Source: a virus. Taken from it: a DNA stretch of 64,000 nt. Below the pieces are notes generated by a model, which saw only the letters and a program-made list of their open reading frames with translations, did no database searches and was not told the DNA's origin. The position numbers were made by a program, and so were the translations under genes. The stretch spans positions 11,365-75,364 of the IMG/VR virus record IMGVR_UViG_3300028392_000059. The stretch is one strand, 5' to 3'. Of this stretch, positions 46,655 through 55,525 are shown in pieces (the stretch's first letter is position 1; each line of letters opens with the position of its first letter).

Positions 46655-46869
46655 GTTCTTTTCCCTGCAAAGTCTTCAGGTATGATATAACCCAGCATAA
46701 TACCATCGCAAAACCACATACCCCAGCCAGCTTTAATGATTTCTTCACAAGACCATTTACGACCAGCAGAGTCAATCCAACGATAGCAATGCCAGAAGAA
46801 TGCTGGAAACTTACAGTGTCGCTGGATCATATGATAAGCAATGCCGCGATAAAGCTCAGGTGAGTACAC
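46651..46869 (-). CDS. Hypothetical protein (72 aa)
   Basis: ORF track. Confidence 0.5.
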   Translation of the reverse strand: MYSPELYRGIAYHMIQRHCKFPAFFWHCYRWIDSAGRKWSCEEIIKAGWGMWFCDGIMLGYIIPEDFAGKRT

Positions 46870-47080
46870 CTACAATATCCTTTGGATGTTCTACAGAAGC
46901 CTTAATGTAAGAGCCGTCTGCAAAGTACGTGTCAAGCTTACCATTATCAGAAATGATAAATTGAGACGTTTCACTTACTTTTGCGAAGTCACGAGTGTTA
47001 CGTTGACCTGCCATCTTTCGAATAACAGAGACTTTACGACCTTCTCGTGTCTTGTACGTTTTACCAACTTCAATTTGCAT
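46856..47080 (-). CDS. Conserved small phage protein (IEVGKTYKTREGRKV family)
   Basis: Recognisable N-terminal pattern. Confidence 0.6.
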   Translation of the reverse strand: MQIEVGKTYKTREGRKVSVIRKMAGQRNTRDFAKVSETSQFIISDNGKLDTYFADGSYIKASVEHPKDIVGVLT

Positions 47081-47399
47081 CGCGAGCATTCTTTGCAATG
47101 TCAACTGCCTTACGAGCAGTAGAAATCAGCTTATCAGTGTGCAATGCTTTAATTTCATCGAGAGCATCACGATACTTGTCGCCACGATCACGAAGCTTTA
47201 CAGTTGTTTCCTTATAACCCTGCAATGTCTGTTCTTTGCTGGCAAGCCTACTTGCAAGATCGTCAATTGAAAGCTTTGTAAGACTGTGGCTTTCAATCTC
47301 TGCAAACAAGTCGTTAACAGCTTGCCTTGTGCCTCCTGAAAGAATAAAGCAGGCAACAATGAGAAAAGCAATTACGAGGCATAGTGCAAAATAAATCAT
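47070..47399 (-). CDS. Membrane-anchored coiled-coil protein
   Basis: N-terminal TM helix followed by heptads. Confidence 0.6.
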   Translation of the reverse strand: MIYFALCLVIAFLIVACFILSGGTRQAVNDLFAEIESHSLTKLSIDDLASRLASKEQTLQGYKETTVKLRDRGDKYRDALDEIKALHTDKLISTARKAVDIAKNARDAN

Positions 47400-48376
47400 T
47401 CTTCAAATACCTTATCAATGAGAATACCAAGGTAGGTAGCGTCAACCTTACCTTCAGCATTTTTAAGTTCAGAAATTAGCTGACTCATATAAGCCATATC
47501 TACACCAATCAGCTGCTCTTTAAGTACAGACCTGTTCATAAGGTCAACGCCCTGAAGCTGAATGATAATCTTAAGCATTTGACCAGCAGAAATACGCCAG
47601 CCACGCTTGATAAACTTACGTGTACGAAACAATGATGCAACAGGGTACAGTGAACCCTTGTACACTAATGTCTTCGAAAGCATACATTCAAGTGCTTCGG
47701 GAGCTACAGTGACTTCCTTGGTAGAGTGATCGTAGTAGCCCATTGCATGTGCAAAATCAAATGTACGGTGAATTTCTGAAGGGTTACCCCAGAAACGAAT
47801 AATCAACTGAATTTTATCAGACAACGTAATTGCATTATCTGTAAGAAACACAGGACGGTACTTAGGTTTCTTAACAGAAGGTTTCAATTCATCAGCTGCA
47901 TCTTCTGCAAACCCTGCAGGGTCTTCAAGAGGTACGTCATTGCCAAGAAGAAAATCTTCTGCTTCAAATTCAGGCTGGCTCTCAAAATAGTTGTAATCTA
48001 CACCTTGGTCTTCTTCTGCTGTGCCTGCAGATTGCATCCAAATGACTACACGCTCTTCTTCTTCACCAAGGATATTCTTTACTGTAATGGTCTTAAGTTT
48101 AGGCGCGTAACCCTTAACTTTAGCCTTAAGATCATTGTTGCTATTGAACTCAGCGATATAATACTCCGCAACAGCAATAGCAGTTTCTTTGTTGCGAAAG
48201 TAAATATCGTAATCGTTTACCTTTTCACCAATCAACATTGATGCAATAGAACCACCTGTTACAATGGTGTTATGCTTAGCAATGTTACGGACGCTTTCAT
48301 CTTTAATTGACTCTAGCCACTTATCTACTTCACGTGAAATAATGAGGCCAATTGTACGCTTACGAAGTCCACTCAT
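47396..48376 (-). CDS. Pol-beta-fold nucleotidyltransferase-like protein
   Basis: Start MSGLRK; VTGGSIAS...DYDIYF, IQLI, FDF, RxxKFxxRGW. Confidence 0.65.
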   Translation of the reverse strand: MSGLRKRTIGLIISREVDKWLESIKDESVRNIAKHNTIVTGGSIASMLIGEKVNDYDIYFRNKETAIAVAEYYIAEFNSNNDLKAKVKGYAPKLKTITVKNILGEEEERVVIWMQSAGTAEEDQGVDYNYFESQPEFEAEDFLLGNDVPLEDPAGFAEDAADELKPSVKKPKYRPVFLTDNAITLSDKIQLIIRFWGNPSEIHRTFDFAHAMGYYDHSTKEVTVAPEALECMLSKTLVYKGSLYPVASLFRTRKFIKRGWRISAGQMLKIIIQLQGVDLMNRSVLKEQLIGVDMAYMSQLISELKNAEGKVDATYLGILIDKVFEE

Positions 48377-48666
48377 TTGGTATCCTTGGGAATTACAAAG
48401 AGAAATGCGGGCGTACGACACACACTATTTCGAATGTGATACGTACGCGCTCTATACTCTGGATGCACTTGATTGTTGTTTGCACGCTCGGAGCATGTAC
48501 GTCCTGTTCGTACTTTAGCTCCGTCAGGGATTTGCTCTGCTGCAAGTAGTACAGAGTTTTCGTACACTTCAAGAACACGTCGTCGTCGAAGGTCTACACG
48601 AGAAATACAACCTGTTTGTAGTACTTCATCACCAACTTTAATTTCAGTACCTTCAAAGTCTTGCAT
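48373..48666 (-). CDS. Hypothetical protein (97 aa)
   Basis: DFEGTEIKVGDEV N-terminus; coupled. Confidence 0.6.
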   Translation of the reverse strand: MQDFEGTEIKVGDEVLQTGCISRVDLRRRRVLEVYENSVLLAAEQIPDGAKVRTGRTCSERANNNQVHPEYRARTYHIRNSVCRTPAFLFVIPKDTK

Positions 48667-48925
48667 TACGTTCGCCTAGCATTTCATCAATCAACGTCAA
48701 GTTAGTTGTATAAAATTCATCAACTACCGTAACGTCAGAATAGCACAAAATATTATCACCGTCGCGTGTAATAAAGAATGGTCGACGCGCAATTGTCTTT
48801 TTGCGTACTTTAGCACGAACAGCGTTACCATCTTCATCAAAGTCTACAGAAATAAGCATGTCACATATCCATTTTGTCTCGAAAACCGAGTGCTCTGGCT
48901 TGTCTAGGTTTATCTTTAGCACCAT
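48653..48925 (-). CDS. Hypothetical protein (90 aa)
   Basis: ORF track. Confidence 0.5.
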   Translation of the reverse strand: MVLKINLDKPEHSVFETKWICDMLISVDFDEDGNAVRAKVRKKTIARRPFFITRDGDNILCYSDVTVVDEFYTTNLTLIDEMLGERNARL

Positions 48926-49760
48926 GTGGAAAATGACGAAACTTAAGGTACTTACCTTTATCTCGTGGCCAATGGTGCCAGATATCTTGAAGTTGATCTG
49001 CGGTAAAACAACCTGGAGCTACACTAATAAGGTCACCTTTAAAGCTGACTTTAAACTTACCAGTAGAATCTGCGCCTACTTTACCTTCTTTAGATGAACT
49101 TCGTTTAGCATTACCTAGGGCATCTCTAGTTTGTTCGTTGTTATTAGTCTGTTTCTCTACAAGATCTTCTAGAATGCCTTCATCATCTTGCTCCCTCTTG
49201 ATTTTGTAAACGAGTCCTTGAAGAAATGTTCCTCGGCCACATTTATAATGCCCAATAGGGCTTTTAGCAATGACGCCTTCATAACCTGCTTCAAGAAATT
49301 CTGCTTCAGCTTCTAGTAGCTCATCTTCATTTTCAACAGAACGTTGAGGTACAAGCGTGTACACATCAAAGTCTTTGATAACTTCAAAAAGCTTCTCTAA
49401 ACGCTGATAGAAAGGTTTAATTAACCAGTCATCATGCGTGTAATCGAATACATAATACGATATATCACCCGGTTTATCTCCTGACATAATATGTGATTGT
49501 GATCGATTGTACACACCGAAATCTGTAGCAACACCAGCGATTAACTCACCGTCAAGATGATCAACCATGGTGAATTCTTCTTGCACTTGCAAAGATGGAA
49601 TTTCAATAAGCTTCCTAGAAAGCATTCTACCACCTTTAGTAAGACCTCTAATACCATCATACTTAGGTGATACCATAAGTGGGTATTGAAGTTTACCAAA
49701 GAAGTTAGGGACTTTCAAAGGACTTTCATTAGGTGCAAGCATTGGTCCTTTAAAGAGCAC
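48861..49760 (-). CDS. ATP-dependent DNA ligase
   Basis: PMLA, KYDGIR (motif I), LDGEL, VFD, EGVI, YKIK; likely GTG start at 49760. Confidence 0.92.
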   Translation of the reverse strand: MLFKGPMLAPNESPLKVPNFFGKLQYPLMVSPKYDGIRGLTKGGRMLSRKLIEIPSLQVQEEFTMVDHLDGELIAGVATDFGVYNRSQSHIMSGDKPGDISYYVFDYTHDDWLIKPFYQRLEKLFEVIKDFDVYTLVPQRSVENEDELLEAEAEFLEAGYEGVIAKSPIGHYKCGRGTFLQGLVYKIKREQDDEGILEDLVEKQTNNNEQTRDALGNAKRSSSKEGKVGADSTGKFKVSFKGDLISVAPGCFTADQLQDIWHHWPRDKGKYLKFRHFPHGAKDKPRQARALGFRDKMDM

Positions 49761-50067
49761 AAAGCCACTCCGTATGGTACTTAAGCTTATATTCAATACG
49801 CTTAGCAATAGCGTCTTCATCAAGTCCAAGTTCTGTGATTGCCAATCCACACATTGCAATAATATCTGCAATTTCTTCCTGGAGCCACTGTCGATTAGGC
49901 TTTAGTGTAGTAGGCTCAACTTCATCAACACCTTGAATAATACAACGACTTGCTGCTGATCCACCTTCGTTAAGCTCTTCACCTAGTTTACCAAGACAAG
50001 CCAATATTTTCTTATCTGTAATAGGCTGCCAATGCGATGGCCTACCTTTATAATATTCTTCTGTCAT
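49750..50067 (-). CDS. MazG-like NTP pyrophosphohydrolase
   Basis: KLGEELNE...EEIADI. Confidence 0.7.
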   Translation of the reverse strand: MTEEYYKGRPSHWQPITDKKILACLGKLGEELNEGGSAASRCIIQGVDEVEPTTLKPNRQWLQEEIADIIAMCGLAITELGLDEDAIAKRIEYKLKYHTEWLCAL

Positions 50068-50080
50068 ACATTTTCCGTTT

Positions 50081-50108
50081 AAAAGGGAGGCCAAATTAAT
50101 GACCTCCC
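50081..50108 (-). terminator. Probable terminator
   Basis: Sense GGGAGGTCA-TTAATT-TGGCCTCCC-TTTT. Confidence 0.7.
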
Positions 50109-50112
50109 TGTA

Positions 50113-50343
50113 TTAAAACTTAGTAGCTTTTACAATATCTTTCATAATGATTTCAACATCACTGTTGTCTAGCATCATTACATCTTCAACTGTAATAGGC
50201 TCATTATCTATTAGAGTAATAGCTGCAAGTAGTACAGCACGTTGCATAGGTAATGGTTGTTGGTTTGCAAGCAAAACATCACCATACTTAGGTCGTCTGT
50301 ATTCCGCACATCTGCCATCAATTAGATAATGCGCTCCTACCAT
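50113..50343 (-). CDS. Hypothetical protein (76 aa)
   Basis: Likely start MVGAHYL just after the RNR stop. Confidence 0.55.
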   Translation of the reverse strand: MVGAHYLIDGRCAEYRRPKYGDVLLANQQPLPMQRAVLLAAITLIDNEPITVEDVMMLDNSDVEIIMKDIVKATKF

Positions 50344-50344
50344 C

Positions 50345-52282
50345 TCACCTGATCGGACATGCACCTGTTGCGCATTCGTCTCCACCTTCGAATTCGGCAG
50401 CATTAACCGACTCGATAAGCCTAGTTTTCGCAACAAGCTCATTGTAAGCATCTTCAGTTACTTCTTCATACGGTGCTTGATCAAAACCGTGCCCACTGTG
50501 CAAGAGGAAAGATAAGCTCTTATGAGAACCCCGATAATTAGCTTCAAGATACTTTCGAATCTCAGGAAGCTCTTCAAGCTTATAATATACAGTACAGCTT
50601 ACACTGTTATCAGACCACTCTGCCTGAAGCTTTTGAACAACCTTAAGCTGATCAATAGCAGACATTTCACTGGCCATAACAGCATTATCAGGGTAGCGAT
50701 AAGGGAAAGTAACAATTACTGAGCCATAATCGGGTGTACCATCAAAGTTACGCTTATACTCGACAGGGTACCCATGGTCACGACAAACCTCAACAAGAGG
50801 ACTATCAGATGCAACTGTGATACGACGATACATAAAGCGTGCATAGCCTGGATGACATCCAGGAAGCACACCAGGCAGAAGACTAAGAGTACCCGACGGC
50901 TTAACGGTGGTAAGCTTAATCGAGGGATTCATCTTCTTGATTTGACTATACTCAAGGTCAAAAGCACGCAAATGGTCATAGCCGTTAGAAAGCCAATTCC
51001 ACTGAGCCTGACTTGCTTGAAGGACACCGGTTACACCAATACCCATACGCATATTGCGATGCACAACAGCTTCTGTATCGCGATTGTGGCAAGGTAGCAT
51101 CAGCGAATGTTTGTTGATGCGATAGATGAGTTCAAGGATATCAAGAAATTCTACGTAGCTATCGACATTAGGCATGAAAACTTCTGCTAGGCAGCACGTT
51201 TCCTTGTCTTCGAGCGACTGCTCTGCGCACGGATTGTAGCCTTGCACATTTGCATCTGGATAGTCATAGTCTCCAAGGCGGCCAACAGCCCTCGACAATT
51301 CGAGGTTGATAAGTCCATAGGGTTCGCCCTTACCTTCATACCCGTCCCAGAAATAATCATGAAGCTCTCCAATGTTAGAACATGCAACAGAATTATTAGA
51401 CATAGAGCGCCACTTAGGAATGTTACCCAAGTCCCACCGCTTAGCCAGCAAGAATTCAATATCATCAGGATCGCCAATAGCAATCTGAGCAGACCTACGA
51501 ACGTTACCAGCAACAATGATCCAAGCAATGAGGTTCATAATATCAAGTGCATCAACTGGCCTGATCTTCTTACCCGCACGCTTAATCAGAATGTTACTGA
51601 TTTCGTTAATACCCCAAACGAGGTCTTCAGGCCCACTAGCTGTACCACCAAAACCTTTGATAGGAGTACCCTTACCACGGATAGCGCCTGTCCAGTAGGT
51701 GAAATGACCCTTATCAGTCTCTTCAGACAGAAAAGCAGCCTTAAGTGTTTTGCCAAGAAACTTTACCCAACCCTCACGACTATCAGGGATGATAAAATCG
51801 GCACCAGCATCTTCAACGCGTGTGGGTGCTTTAAACCAAGGCTTTACTTCAGGAAGTTTGTTAACGTGTTCACGCTGAATGTTAAAGCCTACACCTGAAC
51901 CAAGTGCAAGCATATCCATTGCCCAACAGAATGGACGAATAGGATGGTCAACAACTGTAAATGCACAATTCTGCAGAGAAGCAAGACCGAGACGATCTAC
52001 AGTACCAGTACCAAGTTGCCAAAGAAAACGGCCAGCAACAGAGCACTTAAGCTTCAGCATATAATCGCGTAGACGATTTTCTTCATCAACTGTGAAACCA
52101 ACATTAAGCTGCGTACGACAAGCATTAATAATACGCTCTACCGTGTCAGTAAACTCTTCTGTCTTACCAAGAGAATTACCATCTTCATCAAACAAAGGTC
52201 TAGCATAAGTACGCTTGTACGTAAGATATCCAACAGGACTCCAAGGCGTCTTAATATCATTCATAATTACGGTTTCACCCAT
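50345..52282 (-). CDS. nrdJ: Class II (adenosylcobalamin-dependent) monomeric ribonucleoside-triphosphate reductase
   Basis: TYKRTYAR, NCAF, GNVRRSAQI, NPCAEQ, CCLAE, TVKPSGT and C-terminal CATGACPIR; no beta subunit nearby. Confidence 0.92.
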   Translation of the reverse strand: MGETVIMNDIKTPWSPVGYLTYKRTYARPLFDEDGNSLGKTEEFTDTVERIINACRTQLNVGFTVDEENRLRDYMLKLKCSVAGRFLWQLGTGTVDRLGLASLQNCAFTVVDHPIRPFCWAMDMLALGSGVGFNIQREHVNKLPEVKPWFKAPTRVEDAGADFIIPDSREGWVKFLGKTLKAAFLSEETDKGHFTYWTGAIRGKGTPIKGFGGTASGPEDLVWGINEISNILIKRAGKKIRPVDALDIMNLIAWIIVAGNVRRSAQIAIGDPDDIEFLLAKRWDLGNIPKWRSMSNNSVACSNIGELHDYFWDGYEGKGEPYGLINLELSRAVGRLGDYDYPDANVQGYNPCAEQSLEDKETCCLAEVFMPNVDSYVEFLDILELIYRINKHSLMLPCHNRDTEAVVHRNMRMGIGVTGVLQASQAQWNWLSNGYDHLRAFDLEYSQIKKMNPSIKLTTVKPSGTLSLLPGVLPGCHPGYARFMYRRITVASDSPLVEVCRDHGYPVEYKRNFDGTPDYGSVIVTFPYRYPDNAVMASEMSAIDQLKVVQKLQAEWSDNSVSCTVYYKLEELPEIRKYLEANYRGSHKSLSFLLHSGHGFDQAPYEEVTEDAYNELVAKTRLIESVNAAEFEGGDECATGACPIR

Positions 52283-53949
52283 GTTGTCTCAACTTTTGTA
52301 AATTCATCTTCAACGGGAATAGCCGTCAATCGCCCTGTTGATTGATTATACATAGCACCACGAACAATACCTGTAAGACCGGTTGTACGTGCTTTCAACA
52401 CTGCCATGTTAATTGTGTTTCTTGTGTTATCATCTTCTGCATTCATATCACGTGCAAAGCCAATGATATCAAAGGAAATCTGCTTGATTGAACCAGAGCC
52501 TTTGATGTCATCCATTGTAGGAATCTTACCTTGTTCAAATGATACTGCACCTTGACCTACTTTACGTAAGTGAGATACAAGACCAATCCAAACAGGGTAC
52601 TTCTTTACAAGAGCAAGAAGATCGTTCATGATCTTATCTTGCGCTTCATTACCGTGTAACTTGTCAATACCTTCAGAGACAAGGATTGTAATGTGGTCAA
52701 TGAGAATATATCGACATCCCATCAAACACATATATTCTATTTTGTCAATTATTGAAGAATCATTTACAGCGCCTTGATGGTCCAACATCATGATACGCTC
52801 TTCTTCATCTTCAGAACCGAATAACTCGTTAAAACCTACTTCCAGTTCTTCAAAGGACATTTCTTCATCGGAAGTATTACGTGATAGCTGCATACCTGAC
52901 AGCCTACGTGCTTCTGCTTCAGGCGACTCTTCAAGTGATGCAATACCAATCTTATCTTCAACAGGTGCTGTCTTTTTAATGTGAAGAATTATTTCGCGTA
53001 GCAGCGTAGATTTACCGCTACCAGTACCTGAAGTAAACAATGTAATCTCGCCGAAGCGCATACCTTTAAGCTTTGAATTTACACCAGCCATACAATCAGG
53101 ATATGGAAGAGCACGTGTTTCATTGAACGCTCTCATACGTTCTTTTAGAGTTGAACGTGTAATAATACCTGAAGGAATGACAGGAGCAGCATCAAATATT
53201 GGCTGCATTACAGCATCAATACCAAGTGTACAATGAACTTCGTTAGCATCTTTACACGTAGGATGCGACGCAACTTTTACTTTGTCAATGCCAATGATTT
53301 TGATAGCTTTATCAAGAGCTTCTTTACCCTTTGTATCGTTATCAAACCAAAGAATAACTTCATCAAAGCTACGAACCCATTCACGTTGTTCAATCAGAAG
53401 CTTAACATTCGTAGCACTACCCATTGTTACAACAGGATAAATTCTGCTATAACGCTTTTGAGAAGCTAGTGCTACAGAACACATATCAATTTCACCTTCA
53501 GTGATGATAAGGCGTTTACCACCACCACTGAATTTAGTTTGACCACAAAGTTCTGTAAGCGTACCTAAACGCGTGAATTTCTTTCCATCAACAATTCGAA
53601 TGTTGTAGCCATCACCGTAAGGATAGTAATGAGCATCAATATCACCCTTGTCGTTGTAAGACACATGAATTCCGAAAAATTCAGCGACATCTTTAGTGAT
53701 CTTACGATCTTGGAAACCACGAATAGGTAAATCAGGAACTTCAGACAGAGATACGCGTGCAACGTATTCTTTTTCTGCCTTAGGTACTTTAGGCGTCTTG
53801 TTAAGACCTTTTTCTACTTGCTCTTTAGTGAACTGACGATCACAAGAGAAACATCTTGCACCGCCATCTTCGTACACTTGCATTGCATCACTTGACGCAC
53901 ACATCACTTGATCTAGACAGGGTTGATCTTTAATTACAATCGTTCCCAC
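52267..53949 (-). CDS. DNA primase-helicase (T7 gp4-like)
   Basis: Zn-binding Cys pairs, TEGEID, FDND, KDANE, GTGSGKST, IDHI, VSHLRK, KGSGSIKQ. Confidence 0.94.
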   Translation of the reverse strand: MGTIVIKDQPCLDQVMCASSDAMQVYEDGGARCFSCDRQFTKEQVEKGLNKTPKVPKAEKEYVARVSLSEVPDLPIRGFQDRKITKDVAEFFGIHVSYNDKGDIDAHYYPYGDGYNIRIVDGKKFTRLGTLTELCGQTKFSGGGKRLIITEGEIDMCSVALASQKRYSRIYPVVTMGSATNVKLLIEQREWVRSFDEVILWFDNDTKGKEALDKAIKIIGIDKVKVASHPTCKDANEVHCTLGIDAVMQPIFDAAPVIPSGIITRSTLKERMRAFNETRALPYPDCMAGVNSKLKGMRFGEITLFTSGTGSGKSTLLREIILHIKKTAPVEDKIGIASLEESPEAEARRLSGMQLSRNTSDEEMSFEELEVGFNELFGSEDEEERIMMLDHQGAVNDSSIIDKIEYMCLMGCRYILIDHITILVSEGIDKLHGNEAQDKIMNDLLALVKKYPVWIGLVSHLRKVGQGAVSFEQGKIPTMDDIKGSGSIKQISFDIIGFARDMNAEDDNTRNTINMAVLKARTTGLTGIVRGAMYNQSTGRLTAIPVEDEFTKVETTWVKP

Positions 53950-54446
53950 TATTCCTCAAATTTATCCATGTCAATCACACGTTGAAGTCTTTCTTTATGT
54001 CTAGCTGTTATACCTTCTTTGACATTCCAAGAGATTTCTTCAATACGAGTGTTGTACCATTTACTTGTGGTGGGTGCTTCTACGTGACAAAGTGACCACG
54101 TTTCAGCATAACTTACAGCGCCTCTTGCAACATACTCTTCAAGACAAATACATTCAAAGTCTTCCCATGGGCGTTCTTGTAGCATAAGCTTCAAAGTACT
54201 AGAAGATGATTGGTATTCTCGCCAATTAGACTCTTGGCCTTTAGTGAGACGACCATTACTTTTATAGAACTTTTTACCTAAATAGAAACGCCCAAGGTAG
54301 CTATCTCTGATAACATACACAAAACCGCAAACTTTGCCTGTACCCATTTGCTGAGGAAACTTCCAATGTCCATTGGGTTTCACAATTGCTTTCTTAGGTA
54401 AGACAAAGCTGCTGTCAGGTATGTCACCATCAAATTTTGTAACCAT
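53949..54446 (-). CDS. GIY-YIG family nuclease-like protein
   Basis: GFVYVI...FYLGKK...WREYQSS...E...YN. Confidence 0.65.
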   Translation of the reverse strand: MVTKFDGDIPDSSFVLPKKAIVKPNGHWKFPQQMGTGKVCGFVYVIRDSYLGRFYLGKKFYKSNGRLTKGQESNWREYQSSSSTLKLMLQERPWEDFECICLEEYVARGAVSYAETWSLCHVEAPTTSKWYNTRIEEISWNVKEGITARHKERLQRVIDMDKFEE

Positions 54447-55291
54447 TATTGTTCAATCTCTTGTACAATTGGCCAATCTGAAAGATCAAACCAATCGCCA
54501 ATAAAGCGTTGAATATGTATCATTTTACCATTAGCAAGAAGCCATTGTTTCCAATCGTCCTCATAAATGCTCATATACATTCCAACAATTACTTCCTGAT
54601 ACTCAGCAACAGTAGTACATTCTGCTAGAGCTTTTTCAGCTTTCTTAGGTCCAACACCAGGAAGTCCTGGAATATTATCAATTGGATCGCCCTTAAGAAG
54701 CTGCTCGTAGTAAAACCTATCTGCCTGTTCTTGCGTGATTTTAGAAAATTCACGCTTCTTTAAATTATAGTGAGTACCAGGAATACACAAAAGATCTTTA
54801 TCAATAGAAGCAATCACAAAGTCTTGATTTTTCAATCGGCATTCATTTGACCATATACGAATTAAATCGTCGGCCTCACAACCTATAGAATAAATTGCAA
54901 TACCACTATCAACAGCTAATTCGCGAATGAACGGAACAAATTCCGACATTTCGCTTGGTTTACCTTGTCGGCTTGAGTGCTGTTTATAGTCAGGATACAA
55001 TTTAGACCTGAAGTTGCCTGGACCTTGAACTGCTAACAAGTAATCTGTGCAATAAAGTTCTTCTAGAAGCTCTTGCACTTTACGTTGAAAACGAGCCCAC
55101 GATTCAATCTTATATCTAGCGTTTTCAGCTTTGGTGTATTCTTTAACGACCCTGACAGCTTTACCTGTTTCAGGGTCCATATTAAATACACGCTCGCCTT
55201 TAATGTTTACGTTATTTTCCCAACGAGGCTCGAAGCAAAGATAACATAACACATCGCCGTCAATGATTGCTATTCGGGAGTTAGAAGTCAT
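54446..55291 (-). CDS. 5'-3' exonuclease (T7 gp6/FEN-like)
   Basis: IDGD, NFR..LYPDYK, EADD, DKDL, GDPIDNIPGLPGVGPKKA. Confidence 0.92.
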   Translation of the reverse strand: MTSNSRIAIIDGDVLCYLCFEPRWENNVNIKGERVFNMDPETGKAVRVVKEYTKAENARYKIESWARFQRKVQELLEELYCTDYLLAVQGPGNFRSKLYPDYKQHSSRQGKPSEMSEFVPFIRELAVDSGIAIYSIGCEADDLIRIWSNECRLKNQDFVIASIDKDLLCIPGTHYNLKKREFSKITQEQADRFYYEQLLKGDPIDNIPGLPGVGPKKAEKALAECTTVAEYQEVIVGMYMSIYEDDWKQWLLANGKMIHIQRFIGDWFDLSDWPIVQEIEQ

Positions 55292-55517
55292 ACTTTACTT
55301 CAACTGCTTTCAAATTACGAGAAAGCGCAATCTCTTTGAGCAAACCAAAGTCTTTTATAAGATGGCAGTCATTTACGTAGAATATTAGTGATTTACGTTC
55401 AACACCACGTATTTGATCTGAACAAGTAATGTATCTAGCATCACTTGGAGGTACGCTAAATATCTCACAAAATCGTTTAAACTCAAATCGATTACGCGCT
55501 ACAACTCTAATAATCAT
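55281..55517 (-). CDS. Hypothetical protein (78 aa)
   Basis: ORF track. Confidence 0.55.
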   Translation of the reverse strand: MIIRVVARNRFEFKRFCEIFSVPPSDARYITCSDQIRGVERKSLIFYVNDCHLIKDFGLLKEIALSRNLKAVEVKYDF

Positions 55518-55525
55518 ATTAAGCC

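Noticed and set aside
53949-54446. Mobile intron or homing element
   Set aside because: Free-standing, translationally coupled gene; flanking genes are uninterrupted; no intein or intron signatures seen in polymerase, RNR, helicase or terminase
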